A DNA stretch of 7,216 nt from Octopus sinensis (GCF_006345805.1 NW_021828920.1:1-7216), one strand, 5' to 3'. Positions 1-7,216 are shown, numbered from the stretch's first letter. Translations and numbers: made by a program. The notes: generated by a model not told the origin, from the sequence alone.

Positions 1-1
1 A

Positions 2-190
2 AATCTAGCAACCTATAGCACTCATTAATTCAGCTGCCTATATCATGATGATAGACTCATTATAAAACGTGAAAAATCACCAGTTAATTTCGGCAAACAC
101 TTCATCGCCTGTATTAAAAAGTAAGGTATAAGAATAACTGAAGATACAAACTTAAACACAGGTGAATTCCTCGATATTACAATAACCTAT
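2..190 (+). pseudogene. Penelope-like element (PLE, Naiad-like) reverse transcriptase remnant, catalytic region (remnant A, 5' part)
   Basis: Frame starting at 2 reads ...SCLYHDDRLIIKREKSPVNFGKHFIACIKK*GIRITEDTNLNTGEFLDITIT. This matches the PLE RT pattern GLYRDDGL...FK..GL.IT...NLK.VNFLD.T (YxDD at 41-52, FLDIT at 167-181). There is an in-frame stop at 122-124. Confidence 0.8.
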
Positions 191-267
191 AAGTAATAAT
201 AAAAAAAAAAGGCATTTGTGCGATGCTCTAATGATTCAACTAATCAATCGCCATGGAATGGAATTTT

Positions 268-350
268 ATTTATTGATCATGAAAGGATGAAGCATCAAGT
301 TCGCATCGGGAGTATCTGAATTCAGAACATAGTAACCTGAAAGAAGTACC
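268..350 (-). mobile_element. Degenerate tRNA-derived SINE fragment lying between the RT and EN parts of PLE remnant A
   Basis: TATTGATCATGAAAGGATGAAG...TCTGAATTCAGAACATAG resembles an abundant octopus SINE as I recall it (GACCCCGAAAGGATGAAAGG...TTTGAACTCAGAACG). A B-box-like GAATTCAGAT is present on the minus strand. Recognised from memory, not from a search. Confidence 0.5.
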
Positions 351-394
351 TCAGCTGTCATTCTCCTCTCCGTTCTAATAACGACTCGACAACT

Positions 395-770
395 TTAAAT
401 CTGATATAGCCAAAATCATTGAGAGAAAAGTTTCACTCATTAACTCACGTACAACTGCATTGGCTCAATAACTTCCCTCTCAGAATGTTTTGCCTACCAA
501 AATTGGCAGTGTGCCACGTGGGTGTAGTCACACGCAGTAACACCATACGGAAAATCTACACTGGCATAACTGGTAACACTTTGAAATCTTGATTCTATCA
601 CAATACCTATTCTTTGAGAAACATCAATAAAAGAGCAGATAATACCAGCTAAAAGACCAATAGAACATCAAGTATGAGATCAAATCGCAAGGAAATTACA
701 CCGGTTAGACCTGTAACTCAAGAAAGGAAGCTGGTGTATACGCAAACTTACCAAATAGCCAGTAGTATTA
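395..770 (+). pseudogene. PLE GIY-YIG endonuclease remnant (remnant A, 3' part)
   Basis: 473-649 reads FPLRMFCLPKLAVCHVGVVTRSNTIRKIYTGITGNTLKS*FYHNTYSLRNINKRADNTS, matching CPL...CL...VY...V......YIG.T...FKSRF..H..SF. A YNC motif lies just upstream in another frame. The TGA at 590-592 replaces the conserved Arg (likely CGA->TGA). The boundaries outside 473-649 are approximate. Confidence 0.75.
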
Positions 771-818
771 TATTATAGTCCCAAGTCTAGGATGAGGCAT
801 TCAATGTGTGTGAAAATA

Positions 819-947
819 AATTGAATAAAATAGAATCAGCAAGAAGGAGTACGGTTAGAGAGCTATTTAATGTATCGAAACATATGTAGGGTTTATTAAA
901 TGGATGTCTAGCCCTACTCCTTCTTGTTGACTCTATTTTATTCAATT
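819..947. mobile_element. 129-bp palindromic non-autonomous element (MITE-like or PLE pLTR-derived hairpin), copy 1
   Basis: The arms 819-871 and 895-947 are reverse complements at 46/53 positions, with a 23-nt loop GTATCGAAACATATGTAGGGTTT. (TA)n follows at 948-961. A second copy lies at 4636-4735. Confidence 0.85.
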
Positions 948-1059
948 ATATATATATATATGTATAATCGCAGAACAGTACGCTATTTATATAAGAGGCA
1001 AGTTATGATATACAATACAGGTTTTTATCTAGTAAACAACTCCTACAGATAGCGGCTAT

Positions 1060-1490
1060 CTGAAAATTAAAAGGAGTGAGTCCCCTTATTCAATAAACCA
1101 AAAGATCCATAAATCATCCGAAGAGTATATATAATAAACATCGAAGTCTGGAGGGAATGATAATGCTTCTATTGCATATTTTACAATCGTTTCAACGTTT
1201 CACATTTTGACCTATCTTTCGTCATGTTCATTAACAAGTCAGCAGTTATTCACAGCATTTACAGGACTTATTTCTGCTGAAGGTCGTAAAAAATACATAT
1301 ACTTCGAACAATAACTGACTCAAAAGAAGCAACACATACAAAGCAATTATTGATTTAGTCATATACAGTGATGATTATTTTGCACAGCATATATGAGAAT
1401 TATTTGTTTAGAATATCGTAAAATATAATTACAGACAGATTCGGTGATTTCACTAATAAGTAGTACAGTCATCATCTTTTAACAATGGGT
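1060..1490 (+). pseudogene. Second PLE (Naiad-like) remnant: RT-EN linker and GIY-YIG N-terminus (remnant B)
   Basis: Fragments across frames read PYSINQK, FYNRFNV...LSFVMFINKSAVIHS, NNN*LKRSNTYKAII (1307-1348) and GDFTNK*YSH/SSFNN. These match PPYS.N.K, IFNR.NVK.SYSCM.N...II.SH, CPL.NNCL.RSIIYKA and FK.RWY.H.SSF. About 1225-1310 aligns at the DNA level with the minus strand of ~4510-4605. Confidence 0.65.
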
Positions 1491-1820
1491 GGTTCTAAAT
1501 AATCATATTCTGTCAAGGAAATGATAGAAAGAAAAACAAGAAAAAGAAAGAATTAGATAAGATATTTAGCTCCGTTCAACCTTGACCTCTTAGTTCACAA
1601 GTACAAGTATATCTCCTGTTGTGTTGTCTTCTATGAATGAAGTGGCTCAATTCCCAAGTATTTCCAGGTCACCGATGATGTGCATTGTCTCCAGAATAAC
1701 AGAATGTTTGAACATCAAAAGACGAACGCTTTATTGTTTCCAACGGCATAGATATACTCGTACAAATAAACAATTAATCCCAACAATTCACGAACGCATA
1801 CAATCTTTGACACACACACG

Positions 1821-2026
<206 letters not shown>

Positions 2027-2570
2027 GACACACCGCAGCCAGACATCATGACTCTAACAGTTTGAAACGTATGTCCTTATACTCCCACGCATATTTACAC
2101 ATATTTATTCACACACAGATACATAAGTACATATATAGATGTGCATATGCACAAATGCACCAACACACACACACACGTGTACATGCACAAACATATGTAT
2201 CCTAATAATTTGCATCTTATGTCCTCATACTACCACGCACATTCATACACACGTTTTAACACATACACGAATGCATATACAGATACGCATAAGCACAAAT
2301 ACACCCAACACACACACACACACACACACACAGATATATATCCTGACATCTTGATACGTGTGCCCTTATACTCACACGCATATTTATACAAACATCTCCA
2401 CACATAAATACATACATAGATACGCTTATGCATAAAATACACACGCACATATATGTATGTACGTGCGTGTTAACCTTCACACACGCATATATCTTATTAT
2501 TCACGAATACGCAGTCATATGCAAGTATATTTCTCCACGTACATTTACACATGCATATGTATACTCACTC
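2027..2570. repeat. Degenerate (CA)/(TA)/(CATA) low-complexity tract
   Basis: Seen directly. It contains pure (CA)n at about 2309-2331 and a 40-bp degenerate direct repeat (2062-2101 / 2351-2390). Confidence 0.9.
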
Positions 2571-2894
2571 ATATGTTTATAGTCTTAAAACTAAAATATA
2601 AACACTTGTACAAATTCAACATACATAAACACAGACGTTTTAAGGCTATATACAAATAACACTTCATATGTCTGAATAACTTTTCCTTTTCTTTTTTCTT
2701 AAAAATCTTTACGGAAATGTACTTGCATAGCAAGTGACTTGATCTGAGATCGTGTGCTGAAACAAGAATAATTGCAGCGTGGAAAGTGCTTATAAGCCAT
2801 TTGAAAAAACACACAAAAACCGTTAGATTCACTTCAATATTTAAATTTAATTTGCCTAAATATTTTCGTCGCTTTGAGACCGCGACCTGTTTAG

Positions 2895-2951
2895 TTTGTG
2901 TCAAAATATTTTCGTCGCTTTGAAATCGTCGTGATCTGTTCACTGACAAAA
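2895..2951 (-). ncRNA. Mirror copy of the candidate hammerhead in the left arm (stem II disrupted by an indel)
   Basis: The minus strand reads TTTGTCA-GTGAACA-G-ATCACGACGATTTCAAAGCGAC-GAAA-ATAT-TT-TGACACAAA. Confidence 0.35.
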
Positions 2952-2971
2952 TTTCGTGCTGCATCACGAAA

Positions 2972-3025
2972 TTTTGTCAGTGAACAGGTCACGATTTCAA
3001 AGCGACGAAAATATTTTGACACAAA
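2972..3025 (+). ncRNA. Candidate minimal type I hammerhead ribozyme with variant core (G3-C8)
   Basis: Stem I is TGTCA 2975-2979 / TGACA 3017-3021. The core GTGAACA (2980-2986) is followed by an extra G at 2987. Stem II is GTCAC 2988-2992 / GCGAC 3002-3006 with one mismatch. GAAA is at 3007-3010, loop ATAT at 3011-3014 and UH = TT at 3015-3016. Manual fold only. Confidence 0.5.
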
Positions 3026-3314
3026 CTAAATTTAAATGTTGAAGTGAAACTAACGGTTTTTGTATGGTGTGTGTTTTTTTTTAATGGCTAATAAACACCT
3101 TCCACGCTGCAATTGTCTTAATATCTTAATCACTCACAAATATGCGCGCGCGCACACCATACATACATACTCACACACAAACAACTCCTCTCATATAAAA
3201 TCAATACGCAAATTTTACATATGTTCTCATATTTGCACTTCTATAACCCTTTCAAAATATTCACATAATATACTTTCACACCCATTTATAAACAAACTTC
3301 TCTACACATTTGCA

Positions 3315-3486
3315 TTCATGTGTGTGTGTGAGCGTACGTGCGTGTGTGCATGTGTGCATGTGTGTGCGTATGTGTGCATGTGTTTCTATGTGTGTGTGTG
3401 CGTGTGTGCGTATGTGTGTGCATGTGTGTGTATGTGTTTATATATGTATGTGTGTGCGTGTATCTGTGCATGTGTGTATATGTGTT

Positions 3487-3529
<43 letters not shown>

Positions 3530-3640
3530 GCGTGTGTGTATGTGTGTGTGTGTGCGCGCGCACAAGTGTGTGTGTGTCTGTGTGTCTGTGTGTCTATGTG
3601 TCTGTGTGTTTATCTTACAAATAGACACGCATGTATATGC
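3315..3640. repeat. Compound (TG)n/(TA)n/(CG) microsatellite
   Basis: Seen directly. It explains the CV- and HT-rich spurious ORFs at 3060-3691. Confidence 0.97.
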
Positions 3641-3721
3641 CTTTACGCATTCATGAACGCACATTTATCGTACCCTAGAACACAAAATTAACTGCAAGAT
3701 TGTAAGATTTTCACAAACTGT

Positions 3722-3784
3722 AATATATACATACACACATACACACACACACACACCACACACACACATATATATAATATATAT

Positions 3785-3863
<79 letters not shown>

Positions 3864-3880
3864 TATATACATATATATAC
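3722..3880. repeat. (CA)n followed by (TA)n microsatellite
   Basis: Seen directly. Confidence 0.97.
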
Positions 3881-4127
3881 CAATTTCCCCAAGTTAGCAG
3901 CTTGAATGTCTACAAATTATGATATACACAGAATCAGAAGCAAATACAGAAACTAATAAAATAAAACTGGCGCACAGGTACACATCAAGTCCATGCATTA
4001 AAGGATTATCCATATTGTAGGTTTTACACATCTAAAGATTGGATTATAGATCACTTGCTGTTCAAGCGTTAGTGGAAAATTTCCAGACCCTGCTCTAATT
4101 CCTCCGATTATCAGCATCAGCAGGATA
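3881..4127 (-). mobile_element. Possible 3' UTR / pLTR of PLE remnant C
   Basis: Lies directly downstream of the endonuclease stop (4128-4130, minus strand) and ends at a (TA)n tract. It contains the small hairpins CCTGCT..AGCAGG and TGGAAA-T-TTTCCA. The assignment is by position only. Confidence 0.4.
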
Positions 4128-4605
4128 TCATTTGACAGTTGGTTTTGGTTCAATGTTAGTTGAACAGTACCCTTTGAAAGATTTCAAATAGCGATGGTTA
4201 CATCTTATAATGATTTCATTGTGTTTGTTAATTGTATTTTCCTCAGATGACAGTATACAGTTAACTTTTGCAACAAACAAGTCACAAATTCCGCTCCCTC
4301 CATCGTCTGGAAATGTAGTCTGGAGTATTCGTTACTGCTAGGTGTCAAATTAACCTGGCTAAGGAGACGTTTTATTACTTGTTTTTATCCCTAAACGAGC
4401 TAATATGGTTCCACCATCTACTTTTAAAACAGTTTCCAGTTGCTAGTATATTGTTATACATAATCCTGCGTTTTGATTGAACGAGTGTATGCAATATTTC
4501 TCCGAAGGTAATTACTATCCGAAGGGCATGTATATTTTTCACAAGGTACTGAAAAAGCAATTCCTGTATATGCTGTGAATAATTGCTGATGTGTCAATGA
4601 ATATG
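4128..4605 (-). pseudogene. Third PLE (Naiad-like) GIY-YIG endonuclease remnant, running to the natural C-terminus (remnant C)
   Basis: Across frameshifts and stops it reads CEKYTCPSDSNYLRRNIAYTRSIKTQD / ATGNCFKSRWWNHISSFRDKNK**NVSLARLI*HL..NTPDY..RW. The open stretch 4298-4128 reads GSGICDLFVAKVNCILSSEENTINKHNEIIIRCNHRYLKSFKG...VK*, matching the PLE EN tail CDLC..EK..I......N.R.EI..RC.HR. It includes track ORF 4375-4560. Confidence 0.85.
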
Positions 4606-4635
4606 GCGTAATATATATAATAGAATAATATATAT

Positions 4636-4735
4636 AATTGAATAAAATACAGTCAACAAGAAGGAGTACGGTTAGACACCTGTTTAATAAACACTACACA
4701 TATTTCGATACATTAAATAGCTGTCTAACCATACT
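4636..4735. mobile_element. Palindromic hairpin element, copy 2 (inverted relative to copy 1, one arm truncated)
   Basis: 89/100 identical by manual alignment to the reverse complement of 848-947. TA-rich sequence (4610-4635) flanks the same end as in copy 1. It is truncated at 4735. Confidence 0.85.
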
Positions 4736-4895
4736 TATTTGTGAAATGCAGTTGTTTTATTTGTGAAATGCAGTGAAATGCTGTTGTTCTGCTGCAGAAA
4801 GTGGTCTATATTTATAGTGGGGAGGGTGACAGGGCGCTAGGAATGTGGCATGTGTGCCAAGGGGGCGGCAGCTTGTAAACGTTTGGCAACTACTG
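4736..4895 (-). mobile_element. Terminal fragment of a hAT (Buster/Charlie-like) DNA transposon
   Basis: The minus strand begins CAGTAGTTGCCAAACG at 4895, resembling Charlie/Buster TIRs (CAGTGGTT.CCAAAC). The adjacent 8-mer AACTAGAT (4896-4903) fits the nnnTAnnn target preference. The other end is missing. An 18-bp direct repeat TTATTTGTGAAATGCAGT lies at 4735-4752 and 4757-4774. Confidence 0.55.
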
Positions 4896-5679
4896 AACTA
4901 GATAGACTATGGCTGAGAGATAACAGTTTTCACAATGTAGTCGCTCTCAACTTCTACAAAAGATTCAAAATAGGTCCGGAACCTGGCACATGCTTGTTCA
5001 CAATGTCCCTGCGAAGATCTTCAAACACTTCTTTGGCTTTGGCTACCAACTCGGCCTTTGCATTGCAGGCAGAGCAGTTTGCGTCTTTCTCAACTGCGTT
5101 CCACTCGTTAGTAATCTATGAGATTACAATTGGGAGAATTAGGGGGCCAGAAATTGGAGGTAATGAAGTTACAGAAATTCTTCGACAACCACTTCTGAAT
5201 ATTTGCAGTGGTATGGCAAAGAGCCGAATGCTGCTGCCACATATATGACTGTCCAGCAGTAACCCTCTTCATCCAAAGTTTGAGCACAGTCCCTAGCAGT
5301 TTCACATAACCATTTGATTGAGCTTAAAGCAATGTCCAAAGATGTAGGGTTGCACTTTGGAGTGCGAAGTCAGTTAGAACATCTACCATGTCCCTTCCTG
5401 TTGGCCGCGGCTTCGTGTTCTCCGCTGCAGCTGTCTATGTCACGTCTTACAGCCTTTAAAGTGTTGTTTACAGGGCATTAAGCAGCTTTCGTGAAGCTGG
5501 CATCATGAAACCCGTCGCGAATCATAATAATAAAAGTAACTCTTTTCTAATATTCAGATGGCTTCCAGTCCTCTATGTCAGATAACTATTTTCAACTACA
5601 ACCTTAACTATTCGCCAATACATCTAGCTGCTCCTTAAAAACGGAGGTATAAAAATCATCAAATTTAACCCGACCACTG
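4896..5679 (-). mobile_element. Internally deleted Tc1/mariner DD37D (maT) element with a transposase pseudogene (~5580-4931)
   Basis: The N-terminus reads DIEDWKPSEY*KRVTFIIMIRDG...LKAVRRDIDSCSGEHEAAANRKGHGRCSN*LRTPK. It joins PYIFGHCFKLN/GYVKLLGTVLKLWMKRVTAGQSYMWQQHSALCHT...FWPPNSPNCNLIDY/WNAVEKDAN...ELVAKAKEVFEDL/ACARFRTYFESFVEVESDYI. There are 37 residues between the second catalytic position (D->H in QQH) and the final D. A TIR-like CAGTGGTCGGGTTAAATTT lies at 5679-5661. Confidence 0.85.
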
Positions 5680-5717
5680 CATTCATACATACATACATTA
5701 TTCTATACTTTCATATG

Positions 5718-5973
5718 TTTCAGCGTTAAGGTTGTGGCCATGATGGGGCACCACCATATACTACAGATATGAATATATATGCACACATATATAGATGTAT
5801 ATGTACATACACGCGAGCACGCACGCACGCGCGCACGAAATGCTACTTTCAGTTTCTGTCCAGCAAATCCATTCACAATGCTATAGTAGATGATATTTGG
5901 TCAAAGTGCTATTCAGTGAGACTGAACGCAAGACCACATGGTTGGGAAACAGGCTTCTGAATCACGCAACCAC
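5718..5973 (-). mobile_element. Degenerate tRNA-derived SINE with an internal microsatellite
   Basis: The minus-strand head reads TGTGGTTGCGTGATTCAGAAGCCTGTTTCCCAACCATGTGGTCTTGCGTTCAGTCTC (A- and B-box-like). The body reads ...CTACTATAGC...GTGAATGGATTTGCTGGACAGAAACTGAAAG. TA/CA repeats occupy 5756-5838 and a distal piece reads GTTGTGGCCATGATGGGGCACC (+). It resembles the most common octopus SINE as I recall it. Confidence 0.7.
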
Positions 5974-6047
5974 ACATATGTATATATTTGTTGTCTACAC
6001 CACCTGGTTTCGTCTTTTGTTTCATTTTTTGTGAACCCTCTCCATAT

Positions 6048-6089
<42 letters not shown>
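6048..6089. repeat. (TA)n microsatellite
   Basis: Seen directly. Confidence 0.95.
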
Positions 6090-6096
6090 AAAAATA

Positions 6097-6294
6097 AAAA
6101 TAAATGCGCCCTTTTAAAGCCTAGCCAGGCTCGTGGGCCCGGTTTCCCGGTTTCTATGGCGTCCCCAGCTGGACGGGACGCTAGCGTTACTCATTTTTGC
6201 CACCTAAAATGAAGTGTTTTGCTCAAGAAATACAACGCATCGCCCGTTCCAGGAATCGAAACCACAATCCTACACCCTAACCACAAATCCACCC

Positions 6295-6297
<3 letters not shown>
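6097..6297 (-). mobile_element. tRNA-derived SINE with a V-domain-like core, internally deleted
   Basis: The minus strand reads GGCGGGTGGATTTGTGGTTAGGGTG (A box) ... GTTTCGATTCCTGG (B box) ... CTTGAGCAAAACAC ... GGCAAAAATGAGTAACGCTAGCGTCCCGTCCAGC (similar to the V-SINE motif GCGTCCCGTCCAG) ... GCTTTAAAAGGGCGCATTTATTT tail. Confidence 0.8.

Positions 6298-6342
<45 letters not shown>
6298..6342. repeat. (TA)n microsatellite
   Basis: Seen directly. It abuts the MITE. Confidence 0.97.
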
Positions 6343-6346
<4 letters not shown>

Positions 6347-6581
6347 GTGGCCCAAAAGTAGGTTTACAGTTATCATGTAGGCACTTTAAATTTCTTTTAA
6401 GACATTTTATTACATTTAAATATCTATCTTACAAACTGAAAATGGATCTGGACAAAATTATGTAAATTAGCATAGAATAATGGTTTCATATTTTTTTTTT
6501 CATAATTAAGTTCTAAACTGTTAATACATGAATACGAAAGAGATAGTTGAATAACTGTGAACCTACTTTTGGGCCACCCTG
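6343..6581. mobile_element. 239-bp Tc1/mariner-type MITE
   Basis: 31-bp TIRs: CAGAGTGGCCCAAAAGTAGGTTTACAGTTAT (6343-6373) versus the reverse complement of 6551-6581, CAGGGTGGCCCAAAAGTAGGTTCACAGTTAT (29/31). TA flanks the left end and TG(TA) the right end. The interior is AT-rich and non-coding. Confidence 0.9.
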
Positions 6582-6725
6582 TGTATATGTATATATATAT
6601 ATATACATATATATAGAGAGAGAGTGGGAGATATACACACTCACGTATACATACATACATACATACATACATACATACATACATACATACATGTATGTAT
6701 GTGTGTGTATATATATATATTCATA
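6582..6725. repeat. Compound (TA)n/(GA)n/(CATA)n/(TG)n simple repeats
   Basis: Seen directly. (CATA)n at about 6648-6691. Confidence 0.95.
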
Positions 6726-6812
6726 TGTAGTTAATGTAGTTTTCATTCTGGGTGATTCTGTCGTACTTCGCTCCTTGCGAATATTTAAAATTAAAATCGA
6801 AGCAAACAACCT

Positions 6813-6872
6813 ATACACACACACACCACACACACACACACAAACATGCACGCGCGCGCGCGCAGCGCAGCG
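6813..6872. repeat. (CA)n followed by a (CG)n tract
   Basis: Seen directly. CG dinucleotide run at about 6850-6863. Confidence 0.9.
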
Positions 6873-7016
6873 AATCACCCCTATCTCCACGCAGACAATG
6901 AATCTCATACATCGCAACTGAATGTCACAATTTGCTCACACGCTTTTGGTGTTAGTCAAAATTTCTTAGGCACATATAGCATCACATTTATTTCTCCTCA
7001 TCCTACCTCTATAGAA

Positions 7017-7080
7017 CTGGTGCTGCTGCTCCTACTGCTGCTGCTCCTGCTGCTGCTGCTTCTGCTAGTTCTTCTAACTC
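7017..7080. repeat. Degenerate (CTG)n trinucleotide repeat
   Basis: Seen directly. It produces the poly-Leu tail of track ORF 6846-7085. Confidence 0.9.
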
Positions 7081-7216
7081 TCTAAGGAAGTAAAAGTGGA
7101 AATTAAATGGCAAGGCAAACTGTTCCTAAATAATAATAAAGGTTTCCCCCTATCGTATTACGATCTACAGTGATGATCGCTTATACCCTATATTACAGCG
7201 CCCTCATAAGTGGTGC

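Larger units (their letters stand above)
2764..3119. mobile_element. Spacer-less foldback (palindromic) element, probably head-to-head PLE pseudo-LTRs
   Basis: The centre is TGCA at 2960-2963. Perfect inverted pairs are 2936-2958/2965-2987 (23 bp) and 2890-2929/2991-3030 (40 bp). The outer arms ~2764-2845 / ~3031-3119 are more diverged (AATTGCAGCGTGGAA...AAAAACCGTTAG.TTCACTTCAA). The left arm has an extra ~47-bp unit at 2843-2889. AATAAA occurs at 3090-3095. The pLTR assignment is inference. Confidence 0.85.

Noticed and set aside
590-592. In-frame TGA in PLE remnant A as selenocysteine
   Set aside because: It falls on the conserved Arg (FKSR), consistent with CGA->TGA CpG decay.
786-815. 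CTAGGATGAGGCA...GTGTGAAA as a canonical hammerhead
   Set aside because: The core is interrupted, stem II does not close with G-C, and I found no stem I or UH partner.
1500-1810. Unique-looking stretch as a possible host exon
   Set aside because: No convincing splice signals or protein motif. It is left unassigned because short exons cannot be excluded without transcript data.
2569-2967. 132-aa minus-strand ORF
   Set aside because: It runs through the left arm of the foldback element and AT-rich flank, with no recognisable motif.
2843-3030. Repeated ~45-bp units as a CRISPR-like array
   Set aside because: Eukaryotic context, no unique spacers, and the units are inverted or tandem parts of one element.
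3060-3691. Cys/Val-rich ORFs resembling metallothionein-like proteins
   Set aside because: Direct product of (TG)n repeats.
4070-4131. Minus-strand ATGA-stem-loop as a SECIS, or CTGATG..GAAA as a hammerhead
   Set aside because: The 3' GA of the quartet and the apical AA spacing do not fit a SECIS. A9 and the stem II geometry do not fit a hammerhead.
4722-4925. Apparent solo LTR on the minus strand (TGT...ACA ends, TATAAATA, AATAAA)
   Set aside because: One end belongs to the hairpin arm and the other to the maT 3' region. No 4-6 bp TSD is visible. A hAT terminus explains the middle better.
4850-5248. 132-aa plus-strand ORF
   Set aside because: It is antisense to the maT transposase remnant, and the conserved motifs are on the minus strand.
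6846-7085. ORF with a hydrophobic poly-Leu tail (possible membrane peptide)
   Set aside because: The tail is a degenerate (CTG)n repeat and the start lies in a CG repeat. No splice or homology support.

Overview
AT-rich eukaryotic non-coding DNA made of microsatellites and decayed mobile elements. I see no intact host gene. Most of the provided ORFs are artefacts of (TA)n/(CA)n/(TG)n tracts. The SINE and simple-repeat content resembles what I recall from octopod cephalopods (Octopus), which is an inference. Hand translation across stops and frameshifts shows three separate Penelope-like (PLE, probably Naiad-type) retroelement remnants (RT and GIY-YIG motifs) and an internally deleted DD37D (maT) Tc1/mariner transposase. 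The window also holds a hAT/Buster-like terminus, a Tc1/mariner-type MITE with 31-bp TIRs, three tRNA-derived SINE relics, two copies of a ~130-bp hairpin element and a ~355-bp spacer-less foldback element. The most interesting signal is in the foldback arms: a sequence that folds like a minimal type I hammerhead ribozyme with a non-canonical but compensatory core (G3-C8 swap, an extra nucleotide after A9, palindromic loop 3). Canonical CUGANGA searches would miss it.
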